Part shown: in pieces, positions 28,600 to 38,004 of the stretch
How positions within the stretch are numbered: the first letter of the stretch is position 1
Layout of the letters: every line of letters starts with the position of its first letter
Origin: Methanobacteriota archaeon
Lineage (GTDB): Archaea; Thermoplasmatota; Poseidoniia; Poseidoniales; Poseidoniaceae
NCBI GenBank assembly: GCA_002720275.1
Contig: PBHR01000023.1
Span: forward strand, 21,600-85,599
Direction of reading: 5' to 3'
Length of the DNA: 64,000 nucleotides
Notes under the pieces: model-generated
What the model was told of the DNA's origin: nothing
What the model saw: only the letters and a program-made list of their open reading frames with translations
Database searches by the model: none
Translations under genes and position numbers: made by a program

Positions 28600-30687
28600 A
28601 TGGAGGGAGAATCTTTGCGTCCTACTTCTCAAATCAAAGAAATGTTAGGAGCAATGAAAGATCAATGGCAATCAATGCTTGGAATGGCTGTAATGTTTGT
28701 AATTACAATTTTAATTGGAATCATCATTCAACCATTTTATGATAAGCCTGAATTTCGAGCATTTGGTGAAGCTGGAGCAAGTCAAGCCAGAAATATTTTA
28801 CTTGAATTTGTGATGATTCTAATTTTTACAGCTCTAATAATTTTCTTGGCAAAATGGAAAAAAGATTGGATAATAAAGTATGGAATTCTAGGTATTTTAT
28901 TTATTGCGCTATGCTATGCTACAATTCCACTAACTAATCTAGTGATTTCCGAAACTCCAGAACCTTTAGAATTTGATTCAACGCCAACAATATATGAAAT
29001 AATACATCAACATAATGATGGTTTTTATGCATCACAAAAACTCGTAAATAAAACTACAGGTGACATTACAGGATATGCATTTTATTCTTTTTCTAATGCT
29101 TACAATGATTCTGGAATTGCCCCAATAAATATGTTACATCAAGGTATTGTTTTTGAATCAAATAAAGAAGCCTTGAAGTTTTCAAAATTTTCAGACGGCA
29201 TAATTGTGTGTGATGGCGAACAATTTATGAAAATTGACAATGATTTTGATGTTTCTACAAAATTAAATAAAAATATTGATTGTATGTTTGGGTTCAGTTC
29301 TAATCATAGTGATTGGTATCTCAATACAAATAATAAATTAAGGCAAATAGGTACAAATGAAAGTTATAGTATTCCTAATTTCATCATTAATGAAAGTACA
29401 ATTAGTGTTTGGAGCACAAATAATAATCAGTTAATTTGGATTACTGAAAACCGATTTGCACTACTAAATCTACCAAATGAACATAGTAATTTAACTATTG
29501 AATTTGAAGAATCATATCAATCAAAAATCACTACTGCGACATTTGGATCTTCTTTATGGCAAGACTCTGCTGTTGAACAAAAATTGTTAATTTTAGGTGA
29601 TGAAAATGGAAACCTAACTGCTTGGAACATTGATACTGAAAATAATTCTATTCCCGAAATGGAAACAAGACTAAATCTAGGTTCTGATTTTTTTAATGGC
29701 TCTATTAAATCAGTTTTATTAGCTAATTTTAACAATTATGCACAAGATGAATTATTCGTAGTCGATCAAAGTAATTTTAGAATGTTCAGAGGAAGTAGTT
29801 TAGTTGAACAAATAAATATGTCAATCGATTTTGAAGATCGCACAAATTTAGCATTATCAAATACATCAATCAATTCTGTAGATTCTGTAGTTATTATACA
29901 AACAAGTAACGAATGGAAATATGTAAACATTAGTGAAAACCAATTTCAACTTGTAAATGAGTGGGCTTTCTTGATTGGATTTTGTTTGTCTATTCTACTT
30001 ATGATTCTGCTTTACATTAGACCTGAGTGGTATGTAGTAAATCTAGTTGGAATCTTAGTTGGTGGGGGCGTAGTTGCAATGTTAGGAATTTCATTTGTTC
30101 CATGGCTAATTATTATTTTTATGATTGTGGCTGCGATATATGATGCATGGGCCGTGTACAAATCAAAACACATGCTTGATTTGGCAGATACAATGGTTAA
30201 CCTAAAATTGCCAATATTGTTAGTTGCCCCACAAGAGAAAAATTATTCATTCCTTGATGAACAAGATACTATGAGAGATCGGGAAAAATTAATACCAAAG
30301 CCTATTGTAATTCAAAAAGCGGGAATTAGTAAGTCCTCAGAAGATAAAAGCGTTAAGATGGATAAACCTCGTAAAAAGAAAGATCGTGGAAAAGATGCGA
30401 TGTTTATGGGCTTAGGAGACGTCATTTTTCCTGGTATTTTAGTAATCTCAGCAATTACCTGGCTACCTGAAGGAACGATTATTTTAGGAGTGGATGCTAC
30501 ATTTTGGATTGGAATTCTAACAATGATAGGAGGTTTGTGTGGTTATTTCATTTTAATGGGTTATGTTGCATTAGGAAAACCTCAAGCAGGATTGCCTCTA
30601 CTAAATAGTGGAGCAATCCTTGGGTATCTAATCTCTACAATTCTTCTACTTGGAATTGGTGCTTTAGAATTCAATATTTCATTTTAA
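28600..30687 (+). CDS. presenilin/signal-peptide-peptidase-like (A22 family) intramembrane aspartyl protease with a ~340-aa ectodomain insertion
   Basis: Has the YD motif (VAAIYDAWAVY) and the GxGD motif (FMGLGDVIFPG) in adjacent TM helices, a PAL-like GLPLL motif and about 9 TM segments. A long N-x-S/T-rich beta-type region sits between TM3 and TM4. Confidence 0.7.
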   Translation: MEGESLRPTSQIKEMLGAMKDQWQSMLGMAVMFVITILIGIIIQPFYDKPEFRAFGEAGASQARNILLEFVMILIFTALIIFLAKWKKDWIIKYGILGILFIALCYATIPLTNLVISETPEPLEFDSTPTIYEIIHQHNDGFYASQKLVNKTTGDITGYAFYSFSNAYNDSGIAPINMLHQGIVFESNKEALKFSKFSDGIIVCDGEQFMKIDNDFDVSTKLNKNIDCMFGFSSNHSDWYLNTNNKLRQIGTNESYSIPNFIINESTISVWSTNNNQLIWITENRFALLNLPNEHSNLTIEFEESYQSKITTATFGSSLWQDSAVEQKLLILGDENGNLTAWNIDTENNSIPEMETRLNLGSDFFNGSIKSVLLANFNNYAQDELFVVDQSNFRMFRGSSLVEQINMSIDFEDRTNLALSNTSINSVDSVVIIQTSNEWKYVNISENQFQLVNEWAFLIGFCLSILLMILLYIRPEWYVVNLVGILVGGGVVAMLGISFVPWLIIIFMIVAAIYDAWAVYKSKHMLDLADTMVNLKLPILLVAPQEKNYSFLDEQDTMRDREKLIPKPIVIQKAGISKSSEDKSVKMDKPRKKKDRGKDAMFMGLGDVIFPGILVISAITWLPEGTIILGVDATFWIGILTMIGGLCGYFILMGYVALGKPQAGLPLLNSGAILGYLISTILLLGIGALEFNISF

Positions 30688-30741
30688 TTGAATAATCTTG
30701 CGTAGGTTTGAAGCCAAAAGGCAGATTCGGATAACCAGAGC

Positions 30742-32025
30742 ATGTTAGATATTAGCGACTTCAGAGATAATGCAAACGTCATTAAAGCCGATCATGACAA
30801 ACGGGGTTTACCTCATGATAATATTGATGAAGTTATTAAATTAGACGAGGAGTGGAGAAAAGCAGTATACGAACAAAGTTTAGCAAGAAAGGAAAGAAAT
30901 GATACAGCAAAATTAATTTCGGACGCCAAAAAGTCAGGAAATAATGATGAAATGCAAAAACTTCTTTCAAATGTTAAAAGTTTGGGAAATAAAATTGATG
31001 AGTTAGATAAGTTAGCCAATGAATTAAAAGAAAATCGAGATTTAATAAGAATGTCAATTCCAAACATCTTACATGAAGATGTTCCAATAGGTGACGATGA
31101 TGAAGGAAATACATTACATTCTGAACATGGGAATAAACCACACTTCTCATTTAAACCAAGAACTCATAATGAACTACTAGAAATGAATAATTGGGCAGAA
31201 CTGCCTAGAGCAGCAAAAATAGCAGGTAGTAGGTTTTATTTCCTTAAAGGTGATTTAGCAAGATTGGAAATGGCTTTACAATCTTATTCAGTAGATTTTA
31301 TGACAAAAAAGAATTTTACTTTAATGCATCCTCCAACAATGATGAATCGTAAAGCATACGAAGGAGTAACTGATTTGGCTGATTTTGAAACCGTAATGTA
31401 TGGAGTAGAGCCAGATGGATACTATATGATTGCGACAAGTGAACACCCACTAACTGCAATGTTTATGGATGAAATAATTGAGCCTAGTTTACTTCCAATT
31501 AAATTAGTTGGTGTTTCTCCTTGTTTTAGGCGTGAAGTAGGAGCTCATGGACAATCAGACAAGGGGATTTGGAGAGTTCATCAATTTACAAAAATAGAGC
31601 AAATTATCATTAGTCATCCAGAAGAGTCATGGGAGTATCATGAAGATATGCTAAAAAATTGTATTGATTTATGGAATTCCCTTAATATTCATTACCGTGT
31701 TGTAAATATTTGTACTGGTGATATGGGAACTGTTGCGAGTAAAAAATATGATTTAGAAGCATGGTTACCGGGGCCAAATGAATTCAAAGAAATTGTTTCT
31801 TGCTCAAATTGTACTGATTATCAAGCTAACAGATTAAAAATGAGATATAGAACTCCTGAAGGAAATTCATCAGTGCATACATTAAATTCAACAGCAGTAG
31901 CTACAAGTAGAGCACTCGTTGCAATTATGGAGCAAAATCAATTAGAAGATGGTAGAATCAAAATTCCTGATGTATTACAACCCTATATGAATGGGCAAGA
32001 TATGCTAGAGCCAGCACCTTTCTGA
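30742..32025 (+). CDS. serS: seryl-tRNA synthetase
   Basis: Has an N-terminal coiled-coil arm and class II motifs (FRRE-type CFRREVGAHG, TSEHPL, the GDMG segment, and the C-terminal NSTAVATSRALVAIMEQ). Confidence 0.95.
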   Translation: MLDISDFRDNANVIKADHDKRGLPHDNIDEVIKLDEEWRKAVYEQSLARKERNDTAKLISDAKKSGNNDEMQKLLSNVKSLGNKIDELDKLANELKENRDLIRMSIPNILHEDVPIGDDDEGNTLHSEHGNKPHFSFKPRTHNELLEMNNWAELPRAAKIAGSRFYFLKGDLARLEMALQSYSVDFMTKKNFTLMHPPTMMNRKAYEGVTDLADFETVMYGVEPDGYYMIATSEHPLTAMFMDEIIEPSLLPIKLVGVSPCFRREVGAHGQSDKGIWRVHQFTKIEQIIISHPEESWEYHEDMLKNCIDLWNSLNIHYRVVNICTGDMGTVASKKYDLEAWLPGPNEFKEIVSCSNCTDYQANRLKMRYRTPEGNSSVHTLNSTAVATSRALVAIMEQNQLEDGRIKIPDVLQPYMNGQDMLEPAPF

Positions 32026-32034
32026 TGTGAAAAA

Positions 32035-32385
32035 ATGCAATTGAAAATTCTCCATAATCCACGTTGTTCAAAATCAAGGCAAGGGAAGAGATTATTAGAA
32101 GAGAAAAATATTACATTTGAAACTATATTATATCTTGATGAACAAATATCAAAGATAGAAATGGGAAAAATTGTGAATAATTTTTCAGACTCACCAATTT
32201 TACTTGTGAGAACTAAAGAAAAATTATTCAAAGATTTAAAGATAAAGAAGGAAGATCTAAATGATAAAAAATACGTTGTAGATGTATTATCAAAATATCC
32301 AAAATTAATTGAAAGACCGCTACTTTTATCCGAAAAAAAGACAATTATAGGAAGACCTCCTGAAAATTTTTTAAAATTAATTTAA
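32035..32385 (+). CDS. arsC: ArsC-family protein (glutaredoxin-type arsenate reductase/Spx fold)
   Basis: ILHNPRCSKSRQ matches the ArsC HNPxCxxSR catalytic-Cys context, and the length is ~116 aa. Confidence 0.7.
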   Translation: MQLKILHNPRCSKSRQGKRLLEEKNITFETILYLDEQISKIEMGKIVNNFSDSPILLVRTKEKLFKDLKIKKEDLNDKKYVVDVLSKYPKLIERPLLLSEKKTIIGRPPENFLKLI

Positions 32386-32432
32386 ATCCATATTTAGTGA
32401 GACTCAAATAATTAAGCACATTCGCACTCTCT

Positions 32433-33851
32433 ATGCAGGTATATGAAAAATTGTATATCGATGGAAAATGGGTTACACCAAGTAGTACTACAAGTATTGA
32501 AGTTACAAACCCCACAAACGAACAAATTATTGGAAAAGTCCCTGCAGGAGGCACTTCTGATGTTGATTTAGCTGTAAGTGCTGCAAAAAAAGCATTTCCA
32601 ATATGGTCTAAAAGTAGTATTGAAGAGAGGATAAGCATTCTTAATTCATTATCAACTGAAATAAAAGAACGTACTGAAGAACTTGCACAAACAATTACTG
32701 CAGAAGTCGGAACTCCAATAGAATATAGTCGAATGGCAATGGTCGGAACTCCAAGAGTTGTTACAAGATCTTATGCTAAAATTCTTGAAAATTTTGAATG
32801 GGAAGAAGAAGTTCGAAATTCATTGATTGTAAAAGAACCCATTGGAGTATGTGCTTTTATTACTCCTTGGAATTTTCCCTTACACCAAATAATTGGAAAA
32901 GTAGCTCCTGCATTAGCAGCAGGTTGTACAATGATTCTTAAACCAAGTAAAGAAGCACCATTAAATGCATTTTTATTGGCAGAAATTATGGATAAAATTG
33001 GACTTCCAAAAGGGGTTTTCAATTTGGTTAGTGGACATGGTTCAGAAATAGGAGAATATATGTCAAAGCATTCTGATGTTGATATGGTTTCATTTACTGG
33101 TTCAACAAATGCGGGAATACGCGTTAGCCAAGCTGCAGCCCCTACAGTAAAAAGGGTAACATTAGAATTAGGTGGGAAAAGTGCAAATGTTGCTCTAAAA
33201 GATGCTGATCCAACATTAATTGGAAAAATGGCAATTAGCGGGTGTTATCAAAATTCTGGACAAACTTGCTCTGCATTAACAAGATTAATCATTCCATCAG
33301 AAATGAAAGAAGAAGTATGCGAAGTAATAGTAAGTAGGATAGCAAGATATACCGCTGGAGACCCATTAGACGAAAACACAAGATGTGGTCCCATGGTTAG
33401 TTTAAAGCAACAAGAGAGCGTAACAAATTATATTCAAACCGGAATTAATGAAGGGGCAACATTACTTTCTGGTGGTTTAGGAATGCCAGATAATTTAGAT
33501 TCAGGGTTTTTCGTAAAGCCTACTGTTTTTGCAGATGTTTCTCCTGAAATGACAATTTGGAAAGAAGAAATCTTTGGTCCGGTTCTAGTAATAGCAACAT
33601 ATGAATCAGAAGAAGATGCTCTTTCACTTGCTAATGATTCAATCTATGGGCTTTCTGGAGCTGTATGGTCTGCAAGTCAAGAAAAAGCCATTAATTTTGC
33701 AAAAGAAATGAGAACTGGTCAAGTTAGTGTAAATGGTGGACATTTCAATGTAAGTGCCCCATTTGGTGGATACAAAATGTCAGGAAATGGAAGAGAACTA
33801 GGATTACAAGGCTTAGAAGAATTCTTAGAAATTAAATCAATACAACTATAG
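32433..33851 (+). CDS. NAD(P)+-dependent aldehyde dehydrogenase
   Basis: Contains FTGST, ELGGKSA, catalytic GQTCSA and EEIFGPV motifs. Confidence 0.9.
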   Translation: MQVYEKLYIDGKWVTPSSTTSIEVTNPTNEQIIGKVPAGGTSDVDLAVSAAKKAFPIWSKSSIEERISILNSLSTEIKERTEELAQTITAEVGTPIEYSRMAMVGTPRVVTRSYAKILENFEWEEEVRNSLIVKEPIGVCAFITPWNFPLHQIIGKVAPALAAGCTMILKPSKEAPLNAFLLAEIMDKIGLPKGVFNLVSGHGSEIGEYMSKHSDVDMVSFTGSTNAGIRVSQAAAPTVKRVTLELGGKSANVALKDADPTLIGKMAISGCYQNSGQTCSALTRLIIPSEMKEEVCEVIVSRIARYTAGDPLDENTRCGPMVSLKQQESVTNYIQTGINEGATLLSGGLGMPDNLDSGFFVKPTVFADVSPEMTIWKEEIFGPVLVIATYESEEDALSLANDSIYGLSGAVWSASQEKAINFAKEMRTGQVSVNGGHFNVSAPFGGYKMSGNGRELGLQGLEEFLEIKSIQL

Positions 33852-33918
33852 ATGATTTAAAATCAATCAAATAATCGCAGGTTTATTGTGGGATGTATGT
33901 TCAGAGAGGCATGTTAGA

Positions 33919-35121
33919 ATGAAACAAAAGGCGACCTCGTTGTTTATTATTTTTGCAATGTGCAGCATTGCTTTTTCTGGATGTACTGAAACATTTGCTT
34001 CAAATCAACCACCTGAAATTTCATTAAAAATTAGCCCCAATGGCGCAATTAAAGCAGAGGAGACGATTACATTTGATGCAAGTGCAACAATAGATAGGGA
34101 TGGAGATACTCTAGTATTTTTATGGGACTTTGACGATAGTGATGGAATCCAAAGAGAAGAATCAGGAAGTGAAGTTACGTGGGAATATAATATTGAAGGA
34201 ACCTATGTAGTAACCTTGACAGTTGAAGATGGTCAATTTAGCCAAACAAAAACAACTGAAATTGAAGTGATTCCGAAAGATTCAGTTCGTCCTGAAGCAG
34301 ATGCAGGGTCTAGGATGGGAATTGATGATTGTGATGGCGAAGAAACTTCTGACTCTTCAAGAGAGTTTTATCTTTATTTCATTTGTGAAGAAAAGGAAAA
34401 TAATGACCGTGAAATTGATGCAACTATTGATATCTTGTTAGATGGTTCTGCTAGTGGCCACGATGATCCTAACCATTATTTATCAAAATACGAATGGGAT
34501 TTAGACGTTAATTTTGATGCCGATGGTGATGGAGATGCAACTAATGATGTTGATGCTACTGGAGAAACATATACTTGGAAAGACAGAGCCCCTGGAAAAT
34601 GGGAAGTGCAGCTAACTGTAACAGACGATAGAGGGTTAAAGGATTCTGATGAAGTTACAGTCTATGTTAACTATGTTGGAGAATGGACAGACTTTACAGT
34701 AGGTAGAAATGTATCTGGTGGTGATCCAACTCTTGAATTTGAATACAATGCTGTTTATGAAGAATCTCCTTCTGCTAATAGAGTAAAAAGTATTTCTTTT
34801 GAACTGACATATGAAAAGAAGGATCCAGATGGTTCAGCCTTTGGGACTGTCGCTACTGATCAAAATTTAGATATATACGTGTATAATAAAACAAAGGAGC
34901 CAAAAGATGTTGCAAATACATCTAGTGATACGCCTGAACAACGTCAAGGAGGTGCTAATTTTGAATGTGATACCGAAAATGATTTTTGTGTTCTTGAACA
35001 AATTTCAGGCTCTTATCATGTTAAAAAATATTATCCAGGGCCTTGGAGTGCGGAAATATTTAATACTGAACAAAATGAAGCAGATGTTAAAAAATTCACC
35101 ATACGCATAACTTTCAAATGA
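33919..35121 (+). CDS. secreted lipoprotein-like protein with PKD-type Ig-fold repeats
   Basis: Has a signal peptide ending in a lipobox-like FSGC (MKQKATSLFIIFAMCSIAFSGC). PKD signatures are present (ITFDASATIDRDGDTLVFLWDFDD...YVVTLTVEDG, WEVQLTVTDDRG). ATG 33919 is preferred to the track's TTG 33886. Confidence 0.7.
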   Translation: MKQKATSLFIIFAMCSIAFSGCTETFASNQPPEISLKISPNGAIKAEETITFDASATIDRDGDTLVFLWDFDDSDGIQREESGSEVTWEYNIEGTYVVTLTVEDGQFSQTKTTEIEVIPKDSVRPEADAGSRMGIDDCDGEETSDSSREFYLYFICEEKENNDREIDATIDILLDGSASGHDDPNHYLSKYEWDLDVNFDADGDGDATNDVDATGETYTWKDRAPGKWEVQLTVTDDRGLKDSDEVTVYVNYVGEWTDFTVGRNVSGGDPTLEFEYNAVYEESPSANRVKSISFELTYEKKDPDGSAFGTVATDQNLDIYVYNKTKEPKDVANTSSDTPEQRQGGANFECDTENDFCVLEQISGSYHVKKYYPGPWSAEIFNTEQNEADVKKFTIRITFK

Positions 35122-35186
35122 AATTTACAATAGTTTCTTTCATATATAGGTTTATTGTCGGACTGCTTGCTAAGGAGTGATAAAAG

Positions 35187-36467
35187 ATGCCGTCACAATG
35201 GGAAGATAAAAGCAAAACGCACCTAAACATGGTGTTTATTGGTCATGTAGATCATGGAAAATCGACGACAGTAGGACGTCTATTGTTAGATAGTGGTCAC
35301 ATTGAACAACACGTAATTGAAAAAAATGAAAAGCTTGCAAGTGAACAAGGAAAAGCAGGTTTTGGTCTAGCTTATGTAATGGATGGATTAAAAGAAGAAA
35401 GAGAAAGAGGAATTACAATTGATGTTGCTCATAAAGAATTCTTTACACCAAACTATTACTGGACTATCATAGATGCACCAGGCCACAGAGATTTCGTTAA
35501 GAATATGATCACTGGAGCAAGTCAAGCCGATGCTGCAGTACTACTTTGTGCTGCTAATGATGGTGTAAATGCACAAACTAAGGAGCATGCATTCCTAGCA
35601 CGTGTATTAGGTGTTTCACAATTAATTGTTAATGTAAACAAAATGGATATTTCTGGTGTTGATTGGTCAGAAGATAAGTATAAAAAAGCATGTGATGAAG
35701 TTAGTAATTTACTAAAAGTCGCTGGTTTTAATCCTGCAGATGTTCCAATGATTCCATGCTCTTCATTAAATGGGGATAATATTTTCAATAAATCAGATAA
35801 AACACCTTGGTACTCAGGACCTACTCTTTTCGAAGCTATTGATGCAGTAAGTATGCCACCAAAACCAATCGATAAACCATTAAGATTACCAATTCAAGAT
35901 GTTTACAAAATTGGCGGCATAGGAACAGTGCCAGTAGGAAAGGTTGAAACTGGGGTACTAAACTCTGGTAAAACCGTTGTTTTCAATCCAAGTGGTAAAA
36001 GTGCAGAGGTTAAATCAATTGAAATGCACCATACAATAGTAGATAAAGCTGAACCAGGAGATAATGTTGGTTTCAACTGCCGTGGACTTTCAATTCAAGA
36101 CATTAGAAGAGGAGATGTTGCAGGATATTCAGATAAAGCTCCTGTATACGTAAGACATGATGAAACATTTGTTGGCAATATCCAAATTATGGATATTCCT
36201 AAAGCGATCTCTGTTGGATATACTCCAGTATTCCACTGTCACACAAGCCAAGTAGCTGTTAAATTTGTAGAGTTAATGAAGAATCTAAAAGATGGTTCAA
36301 CTCCTTCTTTCTTAAAGACTGGAGATGCTGCAACCGTTAAGTTCCAACCTACAAAACCAATGGCTATTGAAACTAAAGATGATTTCCCTGAATTATGTAG
36401 ATTCGCAATCAGAGATATGGGTAAAACTGTTGCTGCTGGTATGTGTATCGCTATTCAAAAGAAATAA
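35187..36467 (+). CDS. tuf: translation elongation factor aEF-1 alpha
   Basis: Contains [17 protein letters not shown] and NKMD GTPase motifs, and is followed by rps10 as in archaeal str-type clusters. Confidence 0.97.
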   Translation: MPSQWEDKSKTHLNMVFIGHVDHGKSTTVGRLLLDSGHIEQHVIEKNEKLASEQGKAGFGLAYVMDGLKEERERGITIDVAHKEFFTPNYYWTIIDAPGHRDFVKNMITGASQADAAVLLCAANDGVNAQTKEHAFLARVLGVSQLIVNVNKMDISGVDWSEDKYKKACDEVSNLLKVAGFNPADVPMIPCSSLNGDNIFNKSDKTPWYSGPTLFEAIDAVSMPPKPIDKPLRLPIQDVYKIGGIGTVPVGKVETGVLNSGKTVVFNPSGKSAEVKSIEMHHTIVDKAEPGDNVGFNCRGLSIQDIRRGDVAGYSDKAPVYVRHDETFVGNIQIMDIPKAISVGYTPVFHCHTSQVAVKFVELMKNLKDGSTPSFLKTGDAATVKFQPTKPMAIETKDDFPELCRFAIRDMGKTVAAGMCIAIQKK

Positions 36468-36497
36468 TTTAGATAAGATAATGAAGGTGAGTTGGAA

Positions 36498-36827
36498 ATG
36501 GCCAGTGTCACCGTTATAAAATTGACTAGCGAGAAACATAAAGACGTTGATGAGGTTTGTACTCACATCAAGGCTATTTGTGATAATGCAGGTGTTGCTA
36601 TGAGAGGTCCTATACCACTACCAACACGTAGATTGGTAGTGCCATGTAGGAAATCACCAGATGGCGAAGGATGTGAAACATATGATCATTGGGAAATACG
36701 CATCCACAAAAGACTTCTAGAAGTTAAATTGGCTACAAATAAAGATGAAGTCGCTCTAAGACAAATTGCAAGAATTGCCATTCCTGATTCAGTAAGTATA
36801 GAATTAGCAATGAGAAGTGTTGTTTAG
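36498..36827 (+). CDS. rps10: 30S ribosomal protein S10 (uS10)
   Basis: Contains GPIPLPTRRL and DHWEIRIHKRL motifs. AGGTGA lies 7 nt upstream of ATG 36498 (the track uses TTG 36492). Confidence 0.9.
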   Translation: MASVTVIKLTSEKHKDVDEVCTHIKAICDNAGVAMRGPIPLPTRRLVVPCRKSPDGEGCETYDHWEIRIHKRLLEVKLATNKDEVALRQIARIAIPDSVSIELAMRSVV

Positions 36828-37726
36828 AGTTCTGCTAATTCTGCAAAACCTAAATCAATTAGCATATTAGCAAATGCTTCATCAAGTTGATGAATATCTC
36901 CAATTGTTAATATTAATTCTTTACCATCTGAATCTAAAAAAGGTTCTTCATCATCCTTAATTATTCTAATTCTTAAAATAGATTTGATTTCTGAATTTTG
37001 AACATCGTTATCAAGAGATTGTATAGATTGTTCTATTAAAGGTTCAGAAAAATTTTCTGCATTGGCTATTCTTTCTTCATCATCCTCGAAATCATCCATA
37101 ATTTCTTGTTCAGTTTCTGTTTCAACAAAAAATAATTCGGGTGCACCATCTTTAGTAAACTTTTCATCAATAAAATCGTCAAGTTGTGTAGTTCCCACTG
37201 GTACTTTAAGATCCTCATTATCAAAATTACCTAAAACACCAAATTGAATTTTTTCCCAATTAATTTCAGATTTAAACTTACGAATCAAATCCTCAACTTG
37301 TAAATAAAATGCCCTCTCATTTGAATCGTGTTTACCCCAATCCATAGATTCGATTCCTTGAAATTTGATTATTCCATCCCCGGGAAAGGGATTTGCATTA
37401 AATAAATTAGTAGTGGAATGTTCTAACATTGAAACTAAACGCTTTCTAGCTAATTCTGAGGCTGCTCTACGAATATTTGATTGTCTTTTAGCGGCAGCCT
37501 GAGTACGTAAACTCCAACCTTCAGCTTTACCTAATCGATTTACTTCTACTTCTAAAAAATTACACAACTCTGAAATTTTTTCCCAAAAGTCTTTTCGCGG
37601 AAGAGATACTGGACCACTTCTATTTATTTGTCTACGTAATACTGCATGAAGTTCTTCTTCGATTTGCTTAGCTAAATTAGCATCGATAGAATTGTCCATC
37701 TGCTCGTCTCCCCCCATGTCTGCCAA
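36824..37726 (-). CDS. acidic hypothetical protein (helical N-terminal half, D/E-rich C-terminal half)
   Basis: A clean ORF starting at TTG 37726 or ATG 37717. The N-terminal helical region is only vaguely GINS/Sld5-like, which is not enough to name it. Confidence 0.45.
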   Translation of the reverse strand: MADMGGDEQMDNSIDANLAKQIEEELHAVLRRQINRSGPVSLPRKDFWEKISELCNFLEVEVNRLGKAEGWSLRTQAAAKRQSNIRRAASELARKRLVSMLEHSTTNLFNANPFPGDGIIKFQGIESMDWGKHDSNERAFYLQVEDLIRKFKSEINWEKIQFGVLGNFDNEDLKVPVGTTQLDDFIDEKFTKDGAPELFFVETETEQEIMDDFEDDEERIANAENFSEPLIEQSIQSLDNDVQNSEIKSILRIRIIKDDEEPFLDSDGKELILTIGDIHQLDEAFANMLIDLGFAELAEL

Positions 37727-37782
37727 ACGTTAACAAAACATGACGGGTTATGAATTATTCATTAAACAACAAGGCTGAAATG

Positions 37783-37790
37783 TATAAAAC
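37783..37790 (+). promoter_or_regulatory. candidate TATA box for tRNA-Leu
   Basis: TATAAAAC begins 24 nt upstream of the mature tRNA 5' end, which is typical archaeal promoter spacing. Confidence 0.5.
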
Positions 37791-37806
37791 TTTGAGTATG
37801 AATGTT

Positions 37807-37888
37807 GCCGAGGTAGGAAAGCGGTCAACTCCGGGGGATTCAAGATCCTCTCCCTAGCGGTTCGCAGGTTCGAATCCTGCCCTCGGCA
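37807..37888 (+). tRNA. tRNA-Leu (anticodon CAA)
   Basis: Folded by hand. The acceptor is GCCGAGG/CCTCGGC, the anticodon stem GGGGA/TCCTC with loop TTCAAGA, and the T arm GCAGG-TTCGAAT-CCTGC, with a 13-nt variable arm (class II). CCA is not fully encoded. Confidence 0.85.
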
Positions 37889-37901
37889 CCTTTAAATTAA
37901 T

Positions 37902-37944
37902 AAAAAAATTCAATTGCAAAATTAATTTTTCAATTAGAAAATTT
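37902..37944 (+). promoter_or_regulatory. composite CAATTG element, copy B
   Basis: Sequence is aaaaaaattCAATTGcaaaATTAATTtttCAATTAgaaaattt, with boxes at 37911-37916 and 37931-37936 (20-bp spacing). It lies ~60 bp upstream of the P-type ATPase GTG. Confidence 0.6.
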
Positions 37945-38004
37945 CCAAAGGTAAACACCACTAATACAGAGAATTATTAATGATATGATTGTAGTGGGAG
38001 TTAT

